Notes: generated by a model from the letters alone, not told the origin. 32,000 nucleotides of DNA from Escherichia coli (GCF_022493235.1 NZ_CP028741.1); one strand, 5' to 3'; shown: positions 1-16,659, counted from the stretch's first letter. Made by a program: numbers and translations.

Positions 1-737
1 TTGTCCATCGTCGGTAGCGGACGTCGACTACTGGAAACTTCGCTAAAACCCTGTGGCAACCAGGTTGGCGTCCAGCTGAATTTAGCTTTTTCACCTACAG
101 GAACAGAAAGCAACGGCGGCAAATTTGCCTTCGCCAGCGTCTGCATACTGCTGCTGATATCCTGATTGACGTTAAAAGCAATCACGCGAAATTGTTCCAG
201 CGTTTCACCATCGCGATCAAGGAGATCAACCCGCATCGGTAATTTCGATTCGGTGTCCATCCACACGATGTAGCTGTAGCGTGTACCATCTCGGGCAACC
301 ACGCGAATGACTTCGCAAAGACGATCAGCAATACGCGTGCGCCCGACGGAGATAAAGTCGTAGTAAGGAGAAAGGCGTTTGAAATCGGTATAGATAAGCG
401 ATGGCAGAGAATCAACAATGTAATCGCCATTAAGCGTGAACGGTTCAAGTCCCGGTTCAAAATAGCTGATTTCATTGCCGCGCTGTACCACTTCCCGGCG
501 CGGGCCATCCATTTGCAACAATTGTGCAAGAGGACGGTTATCGAGGCGTGCATGTCGATAACGCAGAGACTCAACACCCTGTTTATTGATGCTGATGAAT
601 GACAGCTCGTAATTCAGTGACTGACTGGCCAGGTTCATCTGCTGTAATAACGCCCCGGACGCGGGAGTGGCCGAGGCGTTAGCAGAGAATAACAGGCTAC
701 CTGTCACTAATGACATGGCAAACCAAAGTTGCTTCAT
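1..737 (-). CDS. rseB: Sigma-E regulatory protein RseB, N-terminal ~245 codons (C-terminus lies off the left edge of the window)
   Basis: Reverse translation from the ATG at 737-735 gives MKQLWFAMSLVTGSLLFSANASATP.... Spot checks at 541-600 (FISINKQGVESLRYRHARLD) and 1-60 (WLPQGFSEVSSSRRPLPTMDN) stay in the same frame. The ATG overlaps the rseA stop (TAATG). Confidence 0.9.
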   Translation of the reverse strand, partial: MKQLWFAMSLVTGSLLFSANASATPASGALLQQMNLASQSLNYELSFISINKQGVESLRYRHARLDNRPLAQLLQMDGPRREVVQRGNEISYFEPGLEPFTLNGDYIVDSLPSLIYTDFKRLSPYYDFISVGRTRIADRLCEVIRVVARDGTRYSYIVWMDTESKLPMRVDLLDRDGETLEQFRVIAFNVNQDISSSMQTLAKANLPPLLSVPVGEKAKFSWTPTWLPQGFSEVSSSRRPLPTMD

Positions 738-1387
738 TACTGCGATTGCGTTCCTAAAGTTTGAATTCCTGGCACCTGTACAGCGGCTTGCTGGGTTTGC
801 GCCTGCTCAAACTGAAGCTGTTCAGAGTGGAGTCGGCGTTGCAGTTCGTAATCCTGCAACATTGCATTAATGCGACGACGCTGCTCCTGTACCTGCTGCT
901 GTTGACCATTGTTTGCGGTCGCTTCAGAAGGTACTCCCAGGCTTACCGGGCTGGCTTTACCCATCATCGGCAGTGTATTAAATACCGGCGTTTCGGGCTG
1001 CTGGGACGTTTCAGATTGTCCATTATAGTGCTGGACGCCAACGATAACTGCAAGCGATACGCATGCTGCTACGCCCATTTGGGTAAGCTGTGCCGCCCAC
1101 GGACGTACTTTCTGCCAGAATGGCATTTTCTGCCATTGATGCGGCGCAGGCTGGGCTTCCGGGATCAATGTCGCCGGTTGACGTACTGGCTCTTCTTCAA
1201 TGGCGGCCATCACGCGTGAAGAGATATCGAAATGGAGCACCTCGGGAGTATCACCCCGCATTGAGTCACGGATTAAGTGATAGCTTTCCCAGGTTTTCTG
1301 CATTTCTGGGTTATGAGCCAGTTCGTTAAGCAGCTCACTATCCAGCGTTTCGCCATCCATTAAAGCGGAAAGTTGTTCTTTCTGCAT
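737..1387 (-). CDS. rseA: Anti-sigma-E factor RseA (216 aa)
   Basis: ORF 737..1423. The internal Met giving MQKEQLSALMDGETLDSELLNELAHNPEMQKTWESYHLIRD matches the recalled RseA sequence. It lies immediately downstream of rpoE. Confidence 0.93.
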   Translation of the reverse strand: MQKEQLSALMDGETLDSELLNELAHNPEMQKTWESYHLIRDSMRGDTPEVLHFDISSRVMAAIEEEPVRQPATLIPEAQPAPHQWQKMPFWQKVRPWAAQLTQMGVAACVSLAVIVGVQHYNGQSETSQQPETPVFNTLPMMGKASPVSLGVPSEATANNGQQQQVQEQRRRINAMLQDYELQRRLHSEQLQFEQAQTQQAAVQVPGIQTLGTQSQ

Positions 1388-1419
1388 GCCTAATACCCTT
1401 ATCCAGTATCCCGCTATCG

Positions 1420-1995
1420 TCAACGCCTGATAAGCGGTTGAACTTTGTTATCAATAGCTTCCCTCGCTCGGAAGATACGTGAACGCACCGTACCTACCGG
1501 ACAATCCATGATAGCGGCTATCTCTTCATAGCTCAGGCCATCCAGCTCCCGCAAGGTTATTGCCATGCGCAAATCTTCCGGGAGGGACTCAATAGTTCGG
1601 AAAACTATCTGTCTCAGTTCTTCTGACAACATTAAGTTCTCAGGGTTCGAAATTTCTTTCAACGCGCCGCCACTTTCGAAGTTTTCAGCTTCAATGGCAT
1701 CCACATCACTGGAAGGTGGACGACGCCCCTGAGCAACCAGGTAATTTTTCGCTGTATTTACAGCAATCCGATACAGCCATGTATAAAAAGCGCTATCTCC
1801 CCGGAACGAATCCAGCGCACGATAGGCTTTAATAAAAGCTTCTTGTACCACATCGGGAACATCACCCGACGGCACATAGCGGGAAACCAGACTCGCCACT
1901 TTATGCTGATAGCGCACTACCAGTAAGTTAAAGGCTTTCTGATCTCCCTTCTGGACCCGTTCAACCAGGACCTGGTCCGTTAACTGCTCGCTCAT
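1420..1995 (-). CDS. rpoE: RNA polymerase ECF sigma factor sigma-E (191 aa)
   Basis: ORF 1420..2028. The start at MSEQLTDQVLVERVQKGDQKAFNLLVVRYQHKV matches recalled RpoE. The stop overlaps the rseA upstream region. Confidence 0.95.
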   Translation of the reverse strand: MSEQLTDQVLVERVQKGDQKAFNLLVVRYQHKVASLVSRYVPSGDVPDVVQEAFIKAYRALDSFRGDSAFYTWLYRIAVNTAKNYLVAQGRRPPSSDVDAIEAENFESGGALKEISNPENLMLSEELRQIVFRTIESLPEDLRMAITLRELDGLSYEEIAAIMDCPVGTVRSRIFRAREAIDNKVQPLIRR

Positions 1996-2077
1996 CCGAG
2001 GTAAAGTCTCCCCAAACCAAATTTCCACGCGCTATCGAAACGCCACTCCATTAGCTGCAATTTGAGCAAGCAAAGGG

Positions 2078-2105
2078 TTAGAGTGTCTCGTTTTTGTAAA
2101 GTTCC
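2078..2105 (-). promoter_or_regulatory. Sigma-E-dependent rpoE promoter (-35 GGAACTT, 16-nt spacer, -10 TCTAA)
   Basis: The minus strand reads GGAACTT (2105-2099), 16 nt, then TCTAA (2082-2078), about 85 bp upstream of the rpoE ATG. This fits the sigma-E consensus. Confidence 0.75.
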
Positions 2106-2393
2106 GTAACGCATCTGTTTTTGTTTGTCATGCTGTAGACGGATCATTATCTATCATTATAAGTCTACAGAATCTGAACATCGCATTATCTGTGTAGAAA
2201 TGCCCATTTAACTGCCTGAAGAGTAACCCAACGGCCTTTTTATTTCACCACCTAATCCTCCACCAGCCAGTAACTTCTCTTTTTCTCGCCGCCCTGCATC
2301 AGCGTGTTTAGCAACTGTAACAAATATTAAAATAGCAGGTGTTTATTCGCACAACATGATGCTATGCTGACCAAACCGTGTTTAGTAAATTAA

Positions 2394-4747
<2,354 letters not shown>

Positions 4748-4878
4748 GAAAATAAAACCTTGCAGGAAAAACGGCGATAGCACCGGGTGAGAACAATACC
4801 CGAGAAGCGATATCCATACAAACAGATGAAGATTGCAGCCGTAACGTCTATAATCAGCGCCCCACACAGAGGTAGAAC

Positions 4879-6213
4879 ATGACTGTAACGACTTTTTCCG
4901 AACTTGAACTCGACGAAAGCCTGCTGGAAGCCCTCCAGGATAAAGGTTTCACTCGCCCGACCGCCATTCAGGCTGCCGCCATTCCGCCTGCGCTCGATGG
5001 CCGTGATGTACTCGGTTCTGCGCCGACAGGCACCGGTAAAACGGCGGCGTATCTGCTGCCAGCGTTGCAGCACCTGCTCGATTTCCCACGTAAGAAATCC
5101 GGTCCACCGCGTATTTTGATCCTCACCCCAACTCGCGAGCTGGCGATGCAGGTGGCCGATCATGCCCGCGAACTGGCGAAACATACGCATCTGGATATCG
5201 CCACCATCACCGGCGGCGTAGCCTATATGAACCACGCGGAAGTGTTCAGCGAAAATCAGGACATCGTGGTCGCCACGACCGGACGTCTGCTGCAATACAT
5301 AAAAGAAGAGAACTTCGATTGCCGCGCGGTTGAAACGCTGATCCTCGACGAAGCAGACCGTATGCTGGATATGGGCTTCGCTCAGGATATCGAACATATT
5401 GCTGGCGAAACGCGCTGGCGTAAACAGACCCTGCTCTTTTCGGCAACGCTGGAAGGCGATGCGATTCAGGACTTTGCCGAGCGTCTGCTGGAAGATCCGG
5501 TGGAGGTTTCTGCCAATCCGTCCACCCGTGAGCGCAAAAAAATTCATCAGTGGTATTACCGCGCCGATGACCTGGAACATAAAACCGCATTGCTGGTGCA
5601 TCTGTTAAAACAGCCTGAAGCGACTCGCTCAATCGTATTTGTGCGTAAGCGTGAGCGTGTGCATGAGCTGGCAAACTGGCTGCGCGAAGCGGGCATCAAC
5701 AACTGCTATCTCGAAGGTGAGATGGTACAGGGCAAGCGTAACGAAGCGATCAAACGTTTGACCGAAGGTCGCGTAAACGTACTGGTTGCAACCGATGTTG
5801 CCGCGCGCGGTATCGACATTCCTGACGTCAGCCACGTCTTTAACTTCGATATGCCGCGCAGTGGCGATACTTATTTGCATCGTATCGGACGTACCGCGCG
5901 CGCCGGTCGTAAAGGCACCGCAATTTCGCTGGTGGAAGCCCATGACCATCTGCTGCTGGGCAAAGTTGGTCGCTATATTGAAGAGCCAATTAAAGCTCGC
6001 GTAATTGATGAGTTACGCCCGAAAACGCGTGCGCCAAGCGAGAAGCAGACCGGCAAGCCATCGAAGAAAGTACTGGCAAAACGCGCCGAGAAGAAAAAAG
6101 CTAAAGAGAAAGAGAAGCCGCGGGTGAAAAAACGCCATCGCGACACCAAAAATATTGGTAAGCGCCGTAAACCAAGCGGAACGGGCGTGCCACCGCAAAC
6201 GACAGAAGAGTAA
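4879..6213 (+). CDS. srmB: DEAD-box ATP-dependent RNA helicase SrmB (444 aa)
   Basis: Contains a Q-motif, Walker A APTGTGKT, the LDEADRM DEAD box, [13 protein letters not shown], and a Lys-rich C-terminal tail. Confidence 0.95.
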   Translation: MTVTTFSELELDESLLEALQDKGFTRPTAIQAAAIPPALDGRDVLGSAPTGTGKTAAYLLPALQHLLDFPRKKSGPPRILILTPTRELAMQVADHARELAKHTHLDIATITGGVAYMNHAEVFSENQDIVVATTGRLLQYIKEENFDCRAVETLILDEADRMLDMGFAQDIEHIAGETRWRKQTLLFSATLEGDAIQDFAERLLEDPVEVSANPSTRERKKIHQWYYRADDLEHKTALLVHLLKQPEATRSIVFVRKRERVHELANWLREAGINNCYLEGEMVQGKRNEAIKRLTEGRVNVLVATDVAARGIDIPDVSHVFNFDMPRSGDTYLHRIGRTARAGRKGTAISLVEAHDHLLLGKVGRYIEEPIKARVIDELRPKTRAPSEKQTGKPSKKVLAKRAEKKKAKEKEKPRVKKRHRDTKNIGKRRKPSGTGVPPQTTEE

Positions 6214-6265
6214 TCTCAATGCCGGGTTTAAGCCTGGTATTAAAAGTGCTGGCAAACGCAAAACT

Positions 6266-6364
6266 GCCTGATGCGCTACGCTTATCAGGCCTACGTGGCT
6301 CATGCAATATATTGAATTTGCACGATCTTGTAGGCCGGATAAGGCGTTCACGCCGCATCCGGCA
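6266..6364. repeat. BIME made of two inverted REP elements
   Basis: GCCTGATGCGCTACGCTTATCAGGCCTAC (6266-6294) and GTAGGCCGGATAAGGCGTTCACGCCGCATCCGGCA (6330-6364) are classic E. coli REP palindromes in opposite orientation. Confidence 0.85.
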
Positions 6365-6421
6365 TGAATAAAGCGCACTTTGTCGACAAGTTAAATGCCG
6401 GGTTTAATCCCGACATTATTT

Positions 6422-7303
6422 TTATCCAGCCACAAAACTCTCTTCAACACACTGAATAAAAGTGTGCATCGCCGGGCTAACCGCTTTTCCAGCATGGTGT
6501 GCGCACATGGCCGTAATGGTCTGCGACTGTTCGCCAAAAGGCAATTCAATTAATTCTCCGCACTCCAACTCTTTTGCCACCGCAAAACGCGGCAGGTAGC
6601 TGACTCCGATATTCGCCGCGACACAACGCTTGATGCTTTCGATACTTATAAGCTCAATGGTGTTTTCCACCGTGATCCGCCGCTGACGCAGCGTGCTCTC
6701 AAATATCTGCCGGAAGACACATTGTGGTTCATTGATAATAAAGCTACAGGCGTTATGTCTTCCCGGCTCAGTAAAATCGACATCTACAATTTGTGGTGAA
6801 GCCACCAGCACCAGCGATTGTTCACCCAACTCTCGTCGGTTCAGGGCATCATCATTCCCTACGCGATAAAAGACGCCGACATCGGCCTCATCATTCAGTA
6901 GCGCATCACGGATCACGTAACAGTTCAGCGACTGCAACGATAAACGCACTTTTGGTGCGCGTTGCCGAAAACGCTGCAACACCTGCGGCATTCGGTAAGA
7001 GAGCAACGTTTCGCCCGAAACAACGCGTAGTTCCCCGTCCGGATCTGACTCCTTTTTGGCAGCCTCACGAAGCGTATCCATCACTCGGGTAAGTTCATAA
7101 ATGTGCGGCAGCAACTTTTTTCCTTCGCGGGTAAGGCACATCCGTCGGCCAATTTTCTCAAATAACTGGACTGAAAACTCCTGCTCAAGCTGCTGAATAT
7201 GAAAAGTCACCGTCGATTGTGTACAGCACAATTTTTGCGAAGCTCGCAAAAAGGAACCCTCTTCCACCACGGTTTTAAGCGTAATAAAACGGCGCAGATC
7301 CAT
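6422..7303 (-). CDS. yfiE: LysR-family transcriptional regulator YfiE (293 aa)
   Basis: ORF 6422..7348, with the start taken at MDLRRFITLKTVVEEGSFLRASQKLCCTQSTVTFHIQQLE (LysR wHTH). It is divergent from eamB. Confidence 0.88.
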   Translation of the reverse strand: MDLRRFITLKTVVEEGSFLRASQKLCCTQSTVTFHIQQLEQEFSVQLFEKIGRRMCLTREGKKLLPHIYELTRVMDTLREAAKKESDPDGELRVVSGETLLSYRMPQVLQRFRQRAPKVRLSLQSLNCYVIRDALLNDEADVGVFYRVGNDDALNRRELGEQSLVLVASPQIVDVDFTEPGRHNACSFIINEPQCVFRQIFESTLRQRRITVENTIELISIESIKRCVAANIGVSYLPRFAVAKELECGELIELPFGEQSQTITAMCAHHAGKAVSPAMHTFIQCVEESFVAG

Positions 7304-7405
7304 AACCCCAAACCTATCGAAAATATCGAATCTAGAATATAAAAACATTCATTTTTTTAAATTTTCCGTGTCGGGTACTGTCTACCAAAACAGAGGAGAT
7401 AACAA

Positions 7406-7446
7406 GTGACACCGACCCTTTTAAGTGCTTTTTGGACTTACACCCT
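7406..7446 (+). pseudogene. eamB: eamB (cysteine/O-acetylserine exporter) 5' fragment: GTG start plus codons 2-13 plus the first 2 nt of codon 14
   Basis: GTG at 7406, preceded by a GAGGAG RBS, encodes MTPTLLSAFWTYT plus 'CT'. The reading frame resumes exactly at 21448 (CTG ATT ACC GCT ATG ... = LITAMTPGPNN). Confidence 0.9.
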
Positions 7447-7477
7447 AGTGTGTTTGTTTTGTGCGTATATTGTTTCT

Positions 7478-7616
7478 GCTGTACGAAAGCGAGTCAACGC
7501 AGTCTGTTACACCCAGGGGTTTTAAGCCCGTTATTCAGCTTAGGCGCGTTGTCTCTGATTTTGTTCAAGCCCGTATTGTTGCGAGAATTTTTAAACAGTT
7601 CGTACACTAGGAAGGG
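7478..7616 (+). ncRNA. Candidate IS110-type bridge RNA with a target-binding loop followed by a donor-binding loop. The ends are approximate.
   Basis: TTACACCC (7507-7514) is identical to the host left flank plus core C (7438-7445). GTTATTCAG (7530-7538) is a 7/9 reverse-complement match to CTGATTACC (21448-21456). ATTGTTGC (7575-7582) matches ATAGTTGC (21441-21448) at 7/8. ACACTAG (7604-7610) is the exact reverse complement of CTAGTGT (7445-7451). A 6-bp stem CAACGC (7495-7500) / GCGTTG (7546-7551) brackets the first pair. No convincing ORF lies here. Confidence 0.6.
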
Positions 7617-7619
7617 TAA

Positions 7620-8606
<987 letters not shown>

Positions 8607-8620
8607 CAGGAGTTTTAATT

Positions 8621-9256
8621 ATGTCGGTTTCAAAACAAAACGTTTTTGATGCATGCAACGAGTTATCTGCAACCAATAAATCTGTTACCGTGGCTGCGGT
8701 TCGTGAAATTACGGGTGGCTCATTTACCACGCTGGCCCCGCTGGTTAAGGAGTGGAAATTACAGGAATCTGGCGCGGGAGAACTGGCTGTTGCTGCTGAA
8801 AGCGTGCCTGCTAAATTTACTGAAATTGTTTCAGGTCTTTGGTCTTCTGCGGTTGAACTGGCTAACCAGCGTCTTGTATCTGAGCGCCGTCTGCTGGATG
8901 ACCTCCGCAAGCAGCTTGACGCTGAACGCGCCGAACTGCTGGCCTCGTGTGATGCGCTGGCGTCTCAGATTGATGAGCTTCATTATCTTAACGGTGTTAT
9001 TAAAGAGAAGAACAAGCAACTCACTGAAACTAACGTTGCTTTGGCAACTGAAAATACCCGCTTGTCTGAACGTCTCGATGTTTACGAAAACAAAAATGGC
9101 CCGGGTATTGATGTTCACGAAATTGCTAGCGTACTCGCTGATATTAAATCTTCGTTATCTGCCGTTACTGCGGCTGCACAACCTGCTCCGGCTGGGAAAT
9201 TGCCTAAATCTGCTAAAACGGTTAAATCTTCCGTATCTGGTCAGGTTGTAATGTAA
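8621..9256 (+). CDS. KfrA_N-like DNA-binding protein with a long coiled coil (211 aa), candidate phage regulator
   Basis: An AGGAG RBS lies 8 nt upstream of the ATG at 8621. The N-terminus VFDACNELSATNKSVTVAAVREITGGSFTTLAPLVKEWK resembles the KfrA N-terminal DNA-binding domain. It is followed by a heptad-rich segment (LLDDLRKQLDAERAELLASCDALASQIDELHYLNGVIKEKNKQLTETNVALATENTRLSERL). Confidence 0.6.
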   Translation: MSVSKQNVFDACNELSATNKSVTVAAVREITGGSFTTLAPLVKEWKLQESGAGELAVAAESVPAKFTEIVSGLWSSAVELANQRLVSERRLLDDLRKQLDAERAELLASCDALASQIDELHYLNGVIKEKNKQLTETNVALATENTRLSERLDVYENKNGPGIDVHEIASVLADIKSSLSAVTAAAQPAPAGKLPKSAKTVKSSVSGQVVM

Positions 9257-9362
9257 TATTACGTATTACATTACAAATTACATTACGCTGTAATATTACA
9301 AATTAAATCACACTGTAATATTAGAGATTACATTACACCGTAATATTACAAAATTACATTAA
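9248..9362. repeat. AT-rich operator/iteron array built from GTAATATTAC palindromes and ATTACATTAC repeats
   Basis: GTAATATTAC occurs at 9253, 9290 and 9340, with GTAATATTAG at 9315. ATTACATTAC occurs at 9265, 9277 and 9327, with a 9/10 copy at 9353 and an inverted copy at 9248-9257. The 26-bp composite ATTACATTACnnnGTAATATTACAAA occurs twice (9277-9302 and 9327-9352; 23/26 identical). Confidence 0.85.
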
Positions 9363-12118
<2,756 letters not shown>

Positions 12119-12299
12119 CAGAATTCCGGATACAGTTTTATGCTGTGCCCGGTCTGGTCCGGGAGGGTGATTTTATGATTACTGGTAGTCCTGATTTTAG
12201 TTTTTGTTGTTAAACATTCTTTAGTGGTCTGGTTTTTGATTTTTTGTTCATTTTTTTGTTCGCTCTTAATCTTGTGTTTTCTTTACGTTTAATTGGTGA

Positions 12300-12407
<108 letters not shown>

Positions 12408-12426
12408 TTTATAATAATGGTGTTCT

Positions 12427-12869
<443 letters not shown>

Positions 12870-12876
12870 TTATACC

Positions 12877-12908
12877 ACGCCCCTTAACCGGGGCGTTTTA
12901 TTTTTATT
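12877..12908 (+). terminator. Rho-independent terminator after the major coat gene
   Basis: ACGCCCC (12877-12883) and GGGGCGT (12890-12896) form a stem and are followed by TTTTATTTTTATT. Confidence 0.8.
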
Positions 12909-12934
12909 CTGTTATTTTCAGATGGAGGTTACCT

Positions 12935-14887
12935 GTGAATATCTGTAATCGTTATTCTTTTTCTCCGGTTTCTTTTTGTCTGAATACGTTGATTTTTTCG
13001 GCTGTGGTTTCTTTCCCTTTTCCTTCTTTTGCATTAACCGGTCCGTCTTATTCTATTCCTGATGCCGATATGATTTTTCTTGGTGACCGTACTGGTTCCT
13101 TTACCTGCAATTATTTTTATCTTTCCGGTGATTATGCTTATTGTCCTGCGGGGACCGTTCTCAGTGGTACTGCCACATTATCGTATATTCCCGGTTCTGA
13201 CGGGGGAGCATCCACTTATATTTATTCCGGTCCTGTTACTATGTGGAAGGCGTCAGAATCAGATAAAACAGCCTGGGCAAAACTGACGGAAAGGGGTTAT
13301 TGTGTATCCGGCGCTAAAATCAGTTTTACGAATGGTCGGTTTTCCGCTTCTGTGGGTGATGGTACAACAGCGGTATTACATGCCACATCATTTTCTGCAA
13401 CGATTCAGGGCACTGAGGTTAGTTTTCCCGGTGGTTCTGATGATGGTAATCCCACATCTACTGATTTTTGGGAAGAATATAACTCCTTTGATAATGATAA
13501 TACATATTCTTATTATGTTGATTATGGCATGTGTAAATACTGGATAACGGATTCAACAGGTAATTCCAGATTCTCTGAAGCTGTTTTTAATCTGGATTCC
13601 GGTTATCTGGTTAATACTGGTGTTCAGCGCCCTGAAGTTGTTGATTATATTAACACCAATGTTGCGCATTATGAATCGGATTATTACAGCAAATATTTAG
13701 CTGGTGATTCTTCCGGTGATTCTGGTGATTCCGGCGATTCTGGTACAACTGAAGGCGATTCTGGTGATTCTGGTACAACTGAAGGCGATTCTGGTGACTC
13801 CGGTACAACTGAAGGCGATTCTGGCGATTCCGGTACAACTGAAGGCGATTCTGGTGATTCCGGCGATTCCGGTACAACTCAAGGCGATTCCGGTACAACT
13901 GATGAGGATGCGGGTTCTTCTGGTGGAAGCTCTTCCGGTGGTGGTTCTTCTGGTGGTGGTTCCGGTGATTCTGGCACAACTGAAGGCGATTCCGGGACTA
14001 TTGGGGGCGACTCCGGTACAACCGGCGGGGATTCTGGTGACTCTGGTACAACTGGTGGTGATTCTGGTGATTCCGGTGATTCGGGTTCGGTTTTGCCTCC
14101 TGATGATTCCGGGGGTGATGATTCCGGTGGTTCTGCTGTGGTTACACCTGATGACCCGGTTACTGACCCTCCTGATTCTTCTGATGGTTCTTCCGGCTCT
14201 GAAGGTTCTTCATCGTCCGGTGGTTCTTCTTCAGGTGATTCTTCTGATTCTGGTTCGTCGGATGATTCGTCTGGTTCTGGTAGTTCTTCAGGTTCTGGCA
14301 GTTCTTCCGGTTCGGGTTCTGATTCTGACACGTCTGATGGTTCCGGTGATTCTGATGAGGATGGTTTTGATATATTGGGCTGGCTGAAAAAGATTTATGA
14401 AGCGGTTGTTGCGTTGCCTGAATCTCTTTTACCTGATGAGGATTCGGCTTCTTCTGCGCTTGAGGCGTTTGATACTGCTGTTTCTGATGATTCATCTTCT
14501 GAAACACAGGAAACACAGGAAATGGAAGAATCTGTTTTTGGTTCTGATTCCGACGGAGACGGTTACGGTGATGGTTATCTTGAGTATATTCCTGGTAAGG
14601 GGTCAGGGGTTCGCGATTCGGATAGCTGGATTTCTGTTGATTTTGATGAACTGCTTAAGGTGAATACTGGTACGGCGATTCCTTTGCAGTTTACTTTTCG
14701 TTTCTATATCCCCGGGATTGGTGATGTTGCTCTGGTGATTGACACAACCACAGTCACTACGGCTTATGATGTTTATATTCGTCCTGTTGTTGAGTATGCG
14801 CTTTATCTTTTCACGATGTTACGTGTTATTGCCATTATTCGTCGGGCTTTGTTTTCCCGTGAAACAGCGTCATTAAGTGGGGTGTAA
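12935..14887 (+). CDS. pIII-like adsorption/minor coat protein (650 aa) with a long G/S/D/T-rich linker and a C-terminal membrane anchor
   Basis: The GTG at 12935 follows a GGAGG RBS. The signal peptide is MNICNRYSFSPVSFCLNTLIFSAVVSFPFPSFA. There is an N-terminal globular part, a ~220-aa low-complexity linker, and a C-terminal hydrophobic anchor (VVEYALYLFTMLRVIAIIRR). It occupies the gIII position. Confidence 0.8.
   Translation: MNICNRYSFSPVSFCLNTLIFSAVVSFPFPSFALTGPSYSIPDADMIFLGDRTGSFTCNYFYLSGDYAYCPAGTVLSGTATLSYIPGSDGGASTYIYSGPVTMWKASESDKTAWAKLTERGYCVSGAKISFTNGRFSASVGDGTTAVLHATSFSATIQGTEVSFPGGSDDGNPTSTDFWEEYNSFDNDNTYSYYVDYGMCKYWITDSTGNSRFSEAVFNLDSGYLVNTGVQRPEVVDYINTNVAHYESDYYSKYLAGDSSGDSGDSGDSGTTEGDSGDSGTTEGDSGDSGTTEGDSGDSGTTEGDSGDSGDSGTTQGDSGTTDEDAGSSGGSSSGGGSSGGGSGDSGTTEGDSGTIGGDSGTTGGDSGDSGTTGGDSGDSGDSGSVLPPDDSGGDDSGGSAVVTPDDPVTDPPDSSDGSSGSEGSSSSGGSSSGDSSDSGSSDDSSGSGSSSGSGSSSGSGSDSDTSDGSGDSDEDGFDILGWLKKIYEAVVALPESLLPDEDSASSALEAFDTAVSDDSSSETQETQEMEESVFGSDSDGDGYGDGYLEYIPGKGSGVRDSDSWISVDFDELLKVNTGTAIPLQFTFRFYIPGIGDVALVIDTTTVTTAYDVYIRPVVEYALYLFTMLRVIAIIRRALFSRETASLSGV
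13703..13905 (+). repeat. In-frame tandem repeat with a 30-nt period (GTTEGDSGDS units) inside the pIII-like gene
   Basis: Units beginning GGTACAACTGAAGGCGATTCTGG start at 13742, 13772, 13802 and 13832, with a variant at 13871. They differ only at a few third-codon positions. Confidence 0.85.
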
Positions 14888-15258
14888 TGATGATTATATT
14901 ACTGACTTTTATTGCTCAGCTTCTGGGTAAGTTTGCGCTTTATGTTGCCAGCTTTTTTGGTCGTTCTGTGGCGGTTTATTCTCGTCTTGTTGTTTATCTT
15001 GCGGTTTGTTTTTCTGCTTATATTGGGGTTGTAAAGACTGTTAATGAACTGATTGATTATATTTCTGCAATTGGTCTGCCGGATGCGGTTGTTATTGGTT
15101 TCAGTTATTTGCCGACTAATATTCAGGCGTGTGCCAATATTATTCTGAATGTTGAGTTTATTGCTTTTATTTATCTGTATAAGGACAGGGTGTTACGTCT
15201 TATTGATGCTGCCTGGAAAGAATTTATCAGGATGAGTATGACGGGTTCGGTAAAGTAA
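14887..15258 (+). CDS. pVI-like minor coat protein (123 aa, polytopic and hydrophobic)
   Basis: The start overlaps the g3-like stop (TAATG). The product is hydrophobic (MMIILLTFIAQLLGKFALYVASFFG...). Size and position match Ff gVI. Confidence 0.7.
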   Translation: MMIILLTFIAQLLGKFALYVASFFGRSVAVYSRLVVYLAVCFSAYIGVVKTVNELIDYISAIGLPDAVVIGFSYLPTNIQACANIILNVEFIAFIYLYKDRVLRLIDAAWKEFIRMSMTGSVK

Positions 15259-15288
15259 TTCAGTAATAATAATGAAATAATGAGGTGA

Positions 15289-16578
<1,290 letters not shown>

Positions 16579-16659
16579 GTGCTTTCGGCAGTCTTCATAA
16601 CCCTGCTCATCTCCCACGTTCTGAATAACAAATTTGCACAGAGCTTATATATACGACAT

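Noticed and set aside
182-577. 131-aa minus-strand ORF in the first 600 bp
   Set aside because: It lies in a different frame from the verified rseB reading frame that covers the same strand and region, so it is spurious.
7555-7560. CTGATT in the leader is a same-sense copy of core plus right host flank (21448-21453). It was considered as an alternative right-target guide.
   Set aside because: It has the wrong polarity for the published right-guide rule (antisense). It lies between the two proposed loops, and a 6-mer is not significant on its own. It could be a handshake-type segment, but I cannot support that from sequence alone.
9248-9362. Considered whether the repeat array is a CRISPR array or a XerCD dif-like site (the common inovirus attP)
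   Set aside because: The repeats are only 10 bp with 2-15 bp gaps, so there are no spacers. No 11-6-11 XerC/XerD arm arrangement resembling GGTGCGCATAA-TGTATA-TTATGTTAAAT is present. The actual junctions of the element are elsewhere (7446/7447 and 21447/21448).
13650-14516. Several long ORFs in other frames and on the minus strand (13704..14387 +, 13879..14331 -, 13650..13979 -, 14160..14516 -)
   Set aside because: All overlap the low-complexity repeat region of the pIII-like gene. Their products are monotonous (PE-rich, NHQ-rich or LV-rich). These are frame-shifted readings of a GAT/TCT/GGT repeat, not genes.
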